Source of the DNA: Eledone cirrhosa
Lineage: Eukaryota
Assembly: GCA_964016885.1 (NCBI GenBank)
Contig: OZ024741.1
Coordinates: 305,846,001 to 305,910,000 of the forward strand
Direction of reading: 5' to 3'
DNA: 64,000 nt
Below, one piece after another: positions 22,807 to 39,873 of the stretch (position 1 is its first letter; every line of letters starts with the position of its first letter). The translations under genes were made by a program, and so were the position numbers. The notes under the pieces are model-generated. The model searched no databases. It worked only from the letters and a program-made list of their open reading frames with translations, and had not been told where the DNA came from.

Positions 22807-24988
22807 GGGATAACAAATTATTGTTATAGGTAGTCCACTTAGATGTAGTCCAGTTAGGGTACTCCGAGTAGTGGATGCTATCAACGCTTGGCTAAGTTTG
22901 ACTCAACAAGGCGTTTCCATAGTGATGTTGCGAGTACGCGGTGATTTCTATGTTGTTTACATTTGGAGTAATGATAAATCAAGAAAGAAGAGTGACACGG
23001 TTTTCTATACAATAAGGGCTTTAATCACATTGCTGACAATTGTTTCTCTGAACTAGAGATCGCTACCCGCCTGTTTCTGCGTCAATCGATCACCAATACA
23101 TAGTTATAACCAGTCAATTCATCAGAGCTAGCGAGAATGAAGGGAATACACAGGCATGGCTTCTATATATAGTAGTGGCATTCAATCAGAACAATAACAA
23201 CAATACTAACAATGCTAGCAATAAATTAGTTGAAATAATCACAACATGAATCTAAGTAAGACATAGAGGATACTTTAGCATGTAAAACGAGCTGATATGA
23301 GGCAGATGTATGAAATTGACATGTAAAAGCTGTCATGGGTGTATTATATGTAATGTAGAGATAAGCCGGGGCTTTAAACAATGTACCATTTCCTTTACCG
23401 TAGGTTTGGTGACTGTAAGAATTATTTATAATCTGACAGATAAAATATTTTTCATTGTAGTGAGAATAGTAATTTTTGTGGTGTAAAGCGGATTCAGTAT
23501 TTAAGTGGTCTATATTAGATGAAGGGATTGTTAGTTCGAATCATGGGGTTGTTTAGCTTTCACATCATCAATAACATACATGTATAAGATAACATTAACA
23601 GAGTAGCAATATAATCTATCTATCTAAGGCGGGTAAAATTCCCGAGATCCATGGACGAGTTCTCTCCAGCGGTCTCTGTCCCTCATTATCGCTGCCATAT
23701 CCTGCATCTCCAACAGACCAGTGTCCGTCCTTAGGGCATCAACATATGTTAACCTTGGTCTTCCTCTTCTAGTGTGTCCATGAAGAGCAATATAATAGGT
23801 AAGTTAATACAGAGGTTAAGGAGGCAATATATATATAGAGAAAACATGCTGACTACAATTATAACAACAGGAGGAAGGTGATGTTTTACTGTGGTAGTAT
23901 TCTGATAATGTACTTGGATTTAGGTTCATCTGTTGAGAATCAAGGGTGAGGAAGTTGTGTTGACAGCAGCTGAGAAGAGATATATTTATGGGTTGACAAG
24001 ATATTTGCAGACATTACTGTGGTATAGAATTAAGGAGGCTAGAAACTGCTTAAAGAATATTATAGTTCGGTGGTGGTCTGTGTAAGAGTGTGGATTTCAT
24101 ATGTTGAATGCTAAGTTATGTTGGTTCGATTCACGGTGGCTTAAATCTTGTGAATTTAGTAGCGATCCTGTGTCTGCCGAAAATTGATCTTTCTATCTTG
24201 TTGAGTAGCCTTTTTTCATTCCTAAGGATATACAGTAATTCAAGATCGCAGAGCCTACAATAGGACATACCGGTACTATATGCCCTTGCGGCCGACAACC
24301 TCGACCATTTGATATTGTAGTTGTTGTTATTGTCCTTAAGTTCCTAGATTTTTTTGGTGAGGGTTGTAGAACCTTTTAGCGCACGGTTCTTCATCGAGTG
24401 TCTGTGCACATACCATCTTTTTTTAAAAGTACCCGCGGTGGATCCAATGTAATGCCAAGTGGAGTTGCTCGAGTTCACCGTACACATGTGCACTAGGCTC
24501 GAATCAAGGCATCTGTTCGCCAATGGGCACCTATCTGGTAGGTGACAGTTGCAGTTTGAGGTGTTATTCCGTCCAGCTTCCACACTGCTGTTTTGTACAC
24601 TGCTAGAAGTGGGTTGTGATTCGTGCCCGTTGAGGTTTTGCTTCTGCGTGCTTGTATGCGTTTGCGGTTGTGATACGGTGATGTGTTTATGTTTAGAATT
24701 TGGTGCTATGTTGCGCATAGGTGGGGCGGTTTCCCTAGAGGTATTTCTGTGGTTGATCTTGCGTATGTGGGATTCTATATTTGCAGCCGTAGAGTATGAG
24801 AGTTTTATAGTTTTTCTATTGAGGATTTTATGATATCTGTGTGATATAGGGAAGTGTTTATCTATTAGCTTAAAGAACGTAGAAGGCAGTCTAGTTTTTA
24901 CAGAGGAGTTGAAGATTGGATTGAACCACATGTATTTTCTTTCTCTAATTCTTCTATTGTTTCCAGGGTTTACAGTATTGGTGTTTGG
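22806..24988 (-). mobile_element. Hydra-type PLE 3' part (thumb/linker, GIY-YIG, 3' UTR)
   Basis: ORF 24344-24991: WFNPIFN..KLSYST..CNCHLPDRCPLANRCLD..YIGSTAGTFKKRWYVH. A frameshifted continuation runs to ~24140. Possible long hammerhead at ~23032-23130. Confidence 0.85.
23616..23785 (-). mobile_element. 3' end of an RTE-clade LINE
   Basis: Minus reads HGHTRRGRPRLTYVDALRTDTG..MRDRDRWRELV..stop, then a (TAGA)n tail. Target-site duplication AGCAATATAAT at 23605-23615 and 23786-23796. Confidence 0.75.
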
Positions 24989-25258
24989 CACGTAATATAT
25001 CCCTTAGAATATCCCACTTATCCTCAAACCTAGACATTTTTAATGAACATGCTAACTATTATAACGCGGCATTACATCGGGCCGGACACAAAGAAAAGCT
25101 GCAGTTTATAACGGATAAAGACAACTCAAACAAACCTACTAACACCGATACCAACCGCTCACACAAAAATAGAGGTAACAGGACTAGACATAGAGTTAGG
25201 CACGTAGCACCTAGAGTAAGTGGTCCAAACACCAATAATGTAAACCCTGGAATAATAA
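24986..25258 (+). pseudogene. Inverted upstream segment (RT thumb) of the 22806-24988 PLE
   Basis: ISLRISHLSSNLDIFNEHANYYNAAL..GHKEKL. Ends in PNTNNVNPG, where the minus-strand ORF begins (PNTNTVNPG). Confidence 0.8.
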
Positions 25259-27552
25259 TTTGAATTATAATCCTGATAAAAATAAAACTAACATATATAA
25301 ACGACATTTCTAAAAATTATAATACAAACACCAATACCGTGTATAAATCGGTGAAAAAAATCAGAACTAAATCAGTTATATGGTTTGCCCCCCCCCCCCT
25401 CCCCCAGCTTCTGTAGCAATAAAAACACCACTCGCAAATCTATTCTTTAAAGCTTTAGATAAATGCTTCCCCATTCAACACAAATACCGTTCCATATTTA
25501 ACAGACACACAATTAAGCTTTCTTATTCTACAACTATGAATATGACCCAGAACATCGCAAAAATAAATAGTAGAATTCTAAATCATAATCAACAAACAAT
25601 TAACAATAAATATAATAACACTAGCAATATTAATACTAGGAATAACAATAACATTAATCTAAGCACAATCAATAGAACACTTCAAAGTACTAACAATGTT
25701 AATGTCAATTGTCCAATTTATAGTAATAACAATAAATCGAAATGTAATTGTAGAAATAGATCAAATTGCCCTCTGCAAAATAATTGTCTGGATAGCAATC
25801 TGGTCTATAAATGCACCGTAAAAGCAAATAACATCACATACAACTATATTGGTGCAACTTCATCGACATTTAAATTAAGATTTTCGAATCACAAATGCTC
25901 TTTTTCGAATCCTAATAGGAAATCTTCGACTTCTTTATCACAACTTATATGGTCGTTAAAAGACAAAAATTTAAAATACTCGATTTCTTGGTCGAAGCTG
26001 TGTAATAGTCGAATGTACTTGAATTCATCAATATCACCTAACTGCAATCTCTGTACTATGGAGACTCTATTAATAATTAATAATTATGAAAATTTAATAA
26101 ACAAAAAAGGTGAATTATTCTCAAATTGCCTTCATAAAGCTTTCTCTACATTCCAAGCCTCGCAAAAAGTCAGGAAAAAACAGTAAATAAATAGGTTCTA
26201 ATTTTTGACGTATCTTATCAACTGAGTGCGTAAAATGTTATAACAGGTTATAAAACCTTATAATAATTTTTTACTCATTTATGACATGATTAATGTTAGA
26301 TTAAGGGTTCTATATAAATATATAAACATATAGATTGTTAACATGATCTCTTGATGAATATGTATATCATTTGATTGTGTAGATACATTTCATTTGATTG
26401 GGATTCTTGTATTTTTTAAATATATAGCTTATATAGTTAACAGTTGTAATGAACCGTAAACCATTCATGCATTTATGTATTTATGTATTTATTCTTTTGG
26501 GGTATGTTAGTTTTAAGATTCAGGATGTTTGATTTATATATTTATATTTATTTATATATATTTATGATATATGCGTCGCACACGATCCTAGTCGACAAAC
26601 TTTTTCCCCTTAACTTGATGTAAAACTTGAATTATAACTTTACTAACAATGATTGTACTTATTATTTATTATATGTATATGGATCACTAATATCGTCTTG
26701 AGTTCTGAACAGAATACTCTGTATATATTTGGACAAATGTGAATATCTAGTTTAATAACATGCTTCTAGCTACATTTATAAGTGCTTTAGATACTTAAGG
26801 ACATTCTAGTGTTATAATTGTTAAATATTTTCTAAATTATATAACGATTATTATTATGTTTTCGCTTTTTCCTGTTTGATGACACTTTAAATATGATATT
26901 ATACTACAATATAGATCCTTAAAAATTTTCCTGTATTTTTAAATTATATAGCTTAGATAGTTGGCACTTATATGATCGCAAACAATTTACCTATTTACTT
27001 TGAATCTGGTTCTTATCCTTATGATTCATGAAGTTTGATTTGTATATTTATAGTATATATGTATTACATGATCCTAATATAATAATTGATCTAAAACCTT
27101 AATTTTAACAATAGTAACAGTAACTTATTTATTGTATTATATTATATTATGTTATGTATAACTGACTAATATCGTCTTGAACTTTAGACAATATACTCTT
27201 TGTATATATTTAGACAAATGCGTATATCTAATTTAATAATACCATTTTTTAAGTTTAATTATAAGGCCTTTAGATACTTTAGGGCATTCTAATTTTTAAT
27301 TTTAAATCTTTAAAGTTATAACTGCAATTATTTTCTAAATTATATAATGAGAATTATTATTTTAATATAAAACAAAAAAAAAAAAAAAAAAAAAAAATAA
27401 ATAAAATTAAAAAATATAATATAAGATAATATAATTTAATATCGATTACCTTCGTGTGGATGAAAATACTAAGTCTCTTCTTTCTCATGTTGGCAAATAC
27501 TTTAAATATGATTTTATAAATTAAATATGTTAGTATATTTTAATATTAATAT
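25259..27552 (+). mobile_element. Second Hydra-type PLE 3' part: linker and GIY-YIG (to 26186) plus AT-rich 3' UTR
   Basis: IWFAPP..KLSYSTT..CNCRNRSNCPLQNNCLD..YIGATSSTFKLRFSNH..CNLCTME..LINKKGELFSNCLH. The UTR has a diverged internal duplication (~26410-26830 vs ~26930-27360). Confidence 0.88.
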
Positions 27553-27851
27553 ATTGAAACAAAATGAAAACGAAATTTCATTTCTCACTCTTAGTATGGC
27601 ACTTACTTAAATGTAAGTATGCATGTATACGTACATACATATATGTATACAGACGTACAGTAGCATGCACATATATATATATATATACATATATATATAC
27701 ATATGCATACAGGTACACATACATATATGCACGTATCAGTTTAGCGGCGCTAACGTCGCTTTGTTCGTTTGTAAACAAACTGAACAGCCTGAATTTATGC
27801 CATACGGTGTTAAGGCAACCACGTCACCTTTTTGTTCAACACTGACACAGG

Positions 27852-27896
27852 AACGATGTACTAGTTTCAAGCTTGTTAGCTATCATCAGCACCGTT
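27852..27896 (-). ncRNA. Minimal type I hammerhead (unit 1)
   Basis: Minus: AACGGTG-CTGATGA-TAGCT-AACA-AGCTT-GAAA-CTAG-TA-CATCGTT. Confidence 0.88.
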
Positions 27897-28317
27897 TACC
27901 CATCTGCCAGATAGTTGAACGTTCGAAAGTATATACTTTCCTTATGAAAATTAACGGCTGAGCAGCCTAATTTGCATATTGAGTGAGTTAAATCGGTCAG
28001 GCATACCGAAAACGATAAATTGAAACAAAATGAAAACGAAATTTCATTTCTCACTCTTAGTATGGCACTTACTTAAATGTAAGTATGCATGTATACGTAC
28101 ATACATATATGTATACAGACGTACAGTAGCATGCACATATATATATATATATACATATATATATACATATGCATACAGGTACACATACATATATGCACGT
28201 ATCAGTTTAGCGGCGCTAACGTCGCTTTGTTCGTTTGTAAACAAACTGAACAGCCTGAATTTATGCCATACGGTGTTAAGGCAACCACGTCACCTTTTTG
28301 TTCAACACTGACACAGG

Positions 28318-28362
28318 AACGATGTACTAGTTTCAAGCTTGTTAGCTATCATCAGCACCGTT
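28318..28362 (-). ncRNA. Minimal type I hammerhead (unit 2)
   Basis: Same as 27852-27896. Confidence 0.88.
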
Positions 28363-28783
28363 TACCCATCTGCCAGATAGTTGAACGTTCGAAAGTATAT
28401 ACTTTCCTTATGAAAATTAACGGCTGAGCAGCCTAATTTGCATATTGAGTGAGTTAAATCGGTCAGGCATACCGAAAACGATAAATTGAAACAAAATGAA
28501 AACGAAATTTCATTTCTCACTCTTAGTATGGCACTTACTTAAATGTAAGTATGCATGTATACGTACATACATATATGTATACAGACGTACAGTAGCATGC
28601 ACATATATATATATATATACATATATATATACATATGCATACAGGTACACATACATATATGCACGTATCAGTTTAGCGGCGCTAACGTCGCTTTGTTCGT
28701 TTGTAAACAAACTGAACAGCCTGAATTTATGCCATACGGTGTTAAGGCAACCACGTCACCTTTTTGTTCAACACTGACACAGG

Positions 28784-28828
28784 AACGATGTACTAGTTTC
28801 AAGCTTGTTAGCTATCATCAGCACCGTT
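28784..28828 (-). ncRNA. Minimal type I hammerhead (unit 3); a fourth is cut within its core at 29284
   Basis: Same as 27852-27896. Confidence 0.88.
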
Positions 28829-29353
28829 TACCCATCTGCCAGATAGTTGAACGTTCGAAAGTATATACTTTCCTTATGAAAATTAACGGCTGAGCAGCCT
28901 AATTTGCATATTGAGTGAGTTAAATCGGTCAGGCATACCGAAAACGATAAATTGAAACAAAATGAAAACGAAATTTCATTTCTCACTCTTAGTATGGCAC
29001 TTACTTAAATGTAAGTATGCATGTATACGTACATACATATATGTATACAGACGTACAGTAGCATGCACATATATATATATATATACATATATATATACAT
29101 ATGCATACAGGTACACATACATATATGCACGTATCAGTTTAGCGGCGCTAACGTCGCTTTGTTCGTTTGTAAACAAACTGAACAGCCTGAATTTATGCCA
29201 TACGGTGTTAAGGCAACCACGTCACCTTTTTGTTCAACACTGACACAGGAACGATGTACTAGTTTCAAGCTTGTTAGCTATCATAGATATATAGATATTT
29301 ATAAACTTTTATAGCCTGAAATATTATACCTTTATATTAATTTATTATACCAA

Positions 29354-29538
29354 GGGCGGTGGATTGGCAGTATCGGTAGAGAGTCGGATGCCATGCTTTC
29401 CAGCATAGTTACGTCCCTTTGCGGTCTGAGTTCAAATCCCGCCGAGGTTAACTTTGCCTTTCATCCTTACGGGGTCGATAAAATAAAGTACCAGTAATGT
29501 ACTGTGTAATTGATGGCCTTGTGCCAAAAGTAGAAACA
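29354..29538 (+). mobile_element. tRNA-derived SINE with 16-bp target-site duplication
   Basis: TGGCAGTATCGG (A box), GAGTTCAAATCC (B box). TSD ATTAATTTATTATACC at 29336-29351 and 29539-29554. Confidence 0.9.
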
Positions 29539-30200
29539 ATTAATTTATTATACCTTTAGATTAATTCATTATTCTGAACTAACATAAATGATTCGAAATA
29601 TAACGGTCAGCCGGATACGTTTCGATATATATAGTGTATATAATTAATTGTTAGTATATTTCTAATTAACTAAGGACTCGAAATTAAACCCTCATATAAT
29701 TACACCCAGATATATTTAATATTTAGATTAATGGATACTTCTAGATAATTCAAAGATTCGAGTTTACTCTTTCACAAAGCTATTCCCAAGTGTATATTCA
29801 TGTATTGATATAGATATAGATATTTTTGCATAATCTAATCACACCCTATTCATCCACGACAATACAAATCTCCCTCCCAATGCTTTATATTATAAAAATT
29901 ATTCCTCCTTCTTTCTCTATACTTGATCAATTCTCTTTTGCTTTTTATACTTCTAGTAACTATATTTTTTCCTCATCTTTTTCTTCTTTCTTCAATAATT
30001 TAAATTATTTGAATCTCTAACAGTTATGTAAATTGATATTATGTATTTTTAAGCTTTCTCACACGCACCCTCTGTATTATATGTAAATTCTTTCATGTCT
30101 CAATCTTAAGGTATATAAATATTGAGTTTTGTCATATCTTATTCACTACCATGACTGAATCTTAACCATCTACTAAGTCAGGGTATGTCATGCATCATCT

Positions 30201-30267
30201 TATTTTATCTGATGAGGACGTACTGTTGAAGATAGCCCAGTACCTCAGAAATATGTATAATAAAATA
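30201..30267 (+). ncRNA. Type I hammerhead at the end of a PLE-type 3' UTR (~29285-30312)
   Basis: TATTTTAT-CTGATGA-GGACGTACTG..CAGTACCTCA-GAAA-TATGTA-TA-ATAAAATA. Confidence 0.8.
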
Positions 30268-30308
30268 TACTTGATCACACGAATGTCTATTTTTCTTAAT
30301 ATTTTGAA

Positions 30309-30421
<113 letters not shown>

Positions 30422-30426
30422 ATGTA

Positions 30427-30509
<83 letters not shown>

Positions 30510-30610
30510 GTGAGTATGTGTGTATATATATGTGTGTGTATATATATATATGCATGTGTATGTATGTATATATATGTATATGTATGTATGTATATGTATA
30601 TGTGTGTGTG

Positions 30611-30664
<54 letters not shown>

Positions 30665-30674
30665 TATATGTATA

Positions 30675-31239
<565 letters not shown>

Positions 31240-31297
31240 GTGTGTGTGTATGTATGGATATATATATGTGTATATATATACACACACACACATATAC

Positions 31298-31329
<32 letters not shown>

Positions 31330-31527
31330 ATATATATATATATATATATACATATGTGTGTGTATATATATGTATATATATGTGTATATATATATATATT
31401 TATATATATATTTATATATATATATATTTATATATATATAAATATATATATATATACATATATATATATACACATATATATACATATATATATACACACA
31501 CATTATTTTTCATTTTGTAAAAAAACC

Positions 31528-31682
<155 letters not shown>

Positions 31683-31686
31683 TATA

Positions 31687-31784
<98 letters not shown>

Positions 31785-32635
31785 TGAAAAAGAACAAAGG
31801 AACTATTATGACATTATAACAAGTTTATTGCCGACAGCCGTTTCGTCCGACCATATGGTGTGACTTTTCATGTGATTGTAAGTTCATTATTTACATCAAC
31901 GTATCACTTAAGACTAGCAGTTTGAAATTGTGGTATACATCAGCAGCTCCACTTGTATATTTGGGGTCTATATTCTAAGGGGGCTCTTTTATATTAGTTG
32001 TCGGAATTGTAAAAGGGATGGGTTATGGGGAGTTAAGAGAATTTGAAAATGGCCTGAGAGTCAGGGATTGAAGGTTAAAAATTAGATAATTTATAATTTA
32101 CGCAGTAAAAGTAAAAGACTTGGGACCTCGTAGAAGCACCTTAAAAAAATCCTCAATAAGTGCATAAAGCTTACAAGCCCCAATAAACTTAACAAACTAG
32201 AAGAGATTAAGAGACTAATAAAATATAATAAAATAAAATAAAATAAAATAAAATAAAATAAAATAAAATAAAAAAATAAAGATATAAAGTTTCCCTAAAA
32301 AAATATAAAGTTTCCCAAGAAGTGCCCTCGAGAGAAAAAATTTCTTTCGAAAGAAAAAAACTTTCTTCATCAGAGATCTCGTTAAAAAATTTCAGAAAAT
32401 TTACGAAGTTTTGATAATCTCTAAGTTGAAAGAAACTAATCAATTAAAGATTAATTCAAAAAGCCTTCAATAAACCCCTCAGAAAAGGCCCCTTTAATAT
32501 TTTTAATAGGAACCTCCTCCGAGAGACCCTTCGAAGAATTAAAATTTTAGAGAGCCTTTAAGGATATATATAAACGCATATTTGGTAGGTCAGATGTGAT
32601 CATCGCGATTCACATACGACCTACCATACATCGTG

Positions 32636-32704
<69 letters not shown>

Positions 32705-32718
32705 ACATATATATATAT

Positions 32719-36648
<3,930 letters not shown>

Positions 36649-36688
36649 TATGTGTGTATATATATATGTATGTATATGTGTATATATG

Positions 36689-36814
<126 letters not shown>

Positions 36815-36853
36815 TGTGTGTGTGTGTCTGTGTGTATGTGAATGTGTCTGTTG

Positions 36854-37347
36854 ACACCTGGAATATAGCTTAAGAGAAACATGATAATAATGATATGATA
36901 GGCACCCAATATTTTGAACTGGTTTATAGAATTCTCTTCGCCTTTGTCACTCTAAGTAGAGCTTTAAAGAATTAGCTTTTAAAGAATTTGCCTTTCCTTT
37001 AAATCCATCAACCATGACCGACCCCTAACCATCTTATAGACACCTGAAATATAGGCATTGTTAACCTAAGAGAAAATTAAAAATAAGGAGTGTCTCTCCA
37101 ATCTGAACTTGTTTATAGAATTCTGTCTGCCTTTGTCACTCTAAATATAAATTATAGCCTTAAAGAATTAGCTTTTAATGAATTCCCTTTTCTTTCAACC
37201 AATGACCTCCACCCATCCCACTCCCTATCCTCTCTTACCACCTGAAAAGATATAAATACCACAACATTTATTTTGGAAAGCCAGATTGCAGATGATTTCT
37301 AAAGAATGAAAGAGTTCTGGTCCTGTAGAATCTCATCTATATTAAAA

Positions 37348-37351
<4 letters not shown>
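36854..37351 (+). repeat. Diverged ~190-bp tandem repeats ending in a degenerate hammerhead; related to 38100-38332
   Basis: ACACCTG..TTTATAGAATTC..GCCTTTGTCACTCTAA..AAAGAATTAGCTTTTAA is repeated. AGATTG-CAGATGA-TTTC..GAAT-GAAA..TA-GAATCT at 37283-37333. Confidence 0.65.
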
Positions 37352-37421
<70 letters not shown>

Positions 37422-37513
37422 TTTTAATATAGATGAGATTCTACAGGACCAGAACTCTTTCATTCTTTAGAAATCATCTGCAATCTGGCTTTCCAAAATA
37501 AATGTTGTGGTAT
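37256..37513. repeat. Perfect inverted repeat (~96-bp arms) mirrored across a (TA)n tract
   Basis: 37256-37351 is the exact reverse complement of ~37418-37513. Confidence 0.9.
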
Positions 37514-38268
37514 ACGTAATCCTGGTATGTGTATATGCATTTCTTCTAACCTTAATTTTATACCTAATTGTGTATGGTTGACGGTATATTTAATCGATTT
37601 CCACGTGCTGTTGAAAAGTTCTACGGCGGTTGTCCGCGAAGAGATTGCTGTCGTTTATTTATCTACTATTTCTTCATAGGTGCCTTTTAATCTTATAGCC
37701 TGGTCTAATTGATTTTTTGTGTGGTTAATTATGCTAATTGGGAGAGGAAATTGTGTATATATTATATAATGATTCTATGGACATACTTTATATATATATA
37801 TATAAATTATTTATATATATATATATATATGTATGTATATGTATATGTATGTGTACATATATACAGATATATACATGTATGTATGTGTGTCTGTATATAT
37901 GTATATGTATGAGTATAAATGTATTTATGTCCGTCTGTGTGTGTGTGTGCGCGCGTGTGTGGGCGTGTGTGTGTGGGCGCGTGTGTGTTGGCGTGTGTGC
38001 CTGTCACCTGGTCCTAACCTACCATTTCCACAGATGTTCGATCAACTACTTGATATACCTTTTGTTCAAAATTGTACTATAGAATAAGGAAGTGTTTATT
38101 TCAATTGTAACTTGCCACTAAACTTCTTTCTCTAAATAAATAAATTTAGTTTTTTCTAAGAACCCCCTTTCTTTAATCCCACCATGACCTCTACCACCCT
38201 CCCTCCAACCACTACACTTCCCTTACCATGACAAAATGTATAAATACTAGAAATTTACATTGACAGTC

Positions 38269-38319
38269 GGCTTTCTGATGATTTCCTCCGAATGAAACAG
38301 TTCTAGTCCATTAGAAGCC
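38269..38319 (+). ncRNA. Hammerhead-like motif (stem III degenerate)
   Basis: GGCTTT-CTGATGA-TTTC-CTCC-GAAT-GAAA..TA-GAAGCC. Stem I co-varies with the homologue at 37283. Confidence 0.55.
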
Positions 38320-38346
38320 ATTTCTATATTAAATATATATATATAA

Positions 38347-38420
<74 letters not shown>

Positions 38421-38462
38421 GTATGTATATATATATATACATATGTATATATATATGTATAT

Positions 38463-38494
<32 letters not shown>

Positions 38495-38510
38495 GTATAT
38501 ACATATATAC

Positions 38511-38604
<94 letters not shown>

Positions 38605-38690
38605 GTATATTATATAAATATATATATATATATACATATGTATATATATATAATATAAGATCAAAAAATGGTTAAAAGAGTTCCAAGTAT

Positions 38691-38758
38691 TTTATTATGC
38701 GCATTTCAAAAACTAATATCATCATGGGATGATATCTGCGTTCTCATCAGATAAAATA
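38691..38758 (-). ncRNA. Type I hammerhead ribozyme
   Basis: Minus: TATTTTAT-CTGATGA-GAAC..ATATCATC..GATGATAT..GTTTTT-GAAA-TGCGCA-TA-ATAAAA. The mirror copy near 41472-41542 has TTGATGA. Confidence 0.78.
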
Positions 38759-39697
38759 GGGAGACATGATATGAAGCTTAACAAACACTTGTGAATAGTG
38801 AAGTTTTAAATTAACATATGGAAAATAAATTAAGATTGATGTATGAGATTGGGAAAAAAGTGAGGGGGGTTGGAAAAAGTAAGGAAGAGGAAGAAATAAG
38901 AGTAAAGGATAGTGGGGGAGGAGTATAAGAAGGAAGGATGAGAGAGGAGGAGAGATGGGTGATAGATAGAGAGAGATAGCCTTTACAACTGAGAAAAAAA
39001 TATTGTCTCACAGAGAGAAATTAAAAAGCCGTTGGAAGATAATAGATAATTTAAAAGAATTTGAAATTCAAAGTTAATGAGGTTTATGCATGAAGAAAAA
39101 GGAATTAAGAATAGTATTAAATTAAGGTTTGTATATTGAAGTGTTTAATAATATGTGCGAAGAAAAGAATTTATTAATATGTATTATTAAAATAAAAATA
39201 TTAATGATATTAAGGGTATAATGTGAAAAGAAGGAGAAGGATAAATGAGTTATGAATTTAGAGGAATTAGTTAGGGTTTAAGTTTGTTTTTATGTAATAT
39301 AATATGTGTACGTAAATAGTTTGTTTAAAATGAGCGCGGAAGGAAAGAAGAAAAGAATGTTTAAGGAAGAAAATATCTAACATAAAAAAAGTATATATGT
39401 TTACGAAATATTTTCTAATGGTAATAATATAATATATTAAAAGAAATTAATTAGGGTTTAAGTTTGTTTTTATGTATTGTAATATGTAAAAGTCAAATTA
39501 AGTAGTAGGTTTAAAACGAGCATGAAAGGATGGAAGAGATATGAAAAATTTAAGGAATAAAAAAATCTAACGTCAAAAGTTTATATGTTTACGAAGGACT
39601 TCTAATGGTAATATTATAATGTATTTAAAAAATAATTTTTATGGCCAATGATATGAGGAAAGATGGAAGAATGGATAACGTTGTGGTGAGTAATAAT

Positions 39698-39873
39698 TGT
39701 TTCTACTTTATGCACAAGGCCAGAAATTACCCAGTGCATTACTTTATTTTATCGACCCCGTAAGGATGAAAGGCAAAGTCAACCTCGGCGGGATTTGAAC
39801 TCAGATCGTAAAGGGACGTAACTATGCTGGAAAGCATGGCGTCCGACCCTCTACCGATACTGCTACTCCACCG
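39698..39873 (-). mobile_element. tRNA-derived SINE with 18-bp target-site duplication
   Basis: Same family as 29354. TSD GTTGTGGTGAGTAATAAT at 39680-39697 and 39874-39891. Confidence 0.9.

Larger units (their letters stand above)
27553..29284 (-). repeat. 3.7 apparently identical tandem 466-bp units, each with a hammerhead (retrozyme-like array)
   Basis: Exact 466-bp period (27555, 28021, 28487, 28953). Octamer ATTTGCAT at 27970, 28436 and 28902. Confidence 0.95.

Noticed and set aside
27564-29314. Repeated 93/112-aa ORFs, or a CRISPR-like array
   Set aside because: Units are identical with no spacers, the ORFs are low-complexity and not conserved in the sister subfamilies, and the context is eukaryotic.
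29354-29450. tRNA gene
   Set aside because: A and B boxes only, no cloverleaf, and it has a SINE body, a target duplication and three copies in the window.
31825-31880. Hammerhead-like GTC..GAC-GAAA-CGGCTG-TC on minus
   Set aside because: Core reads ATGAAAA and stem I does not pair, so it is too degenerate to call.
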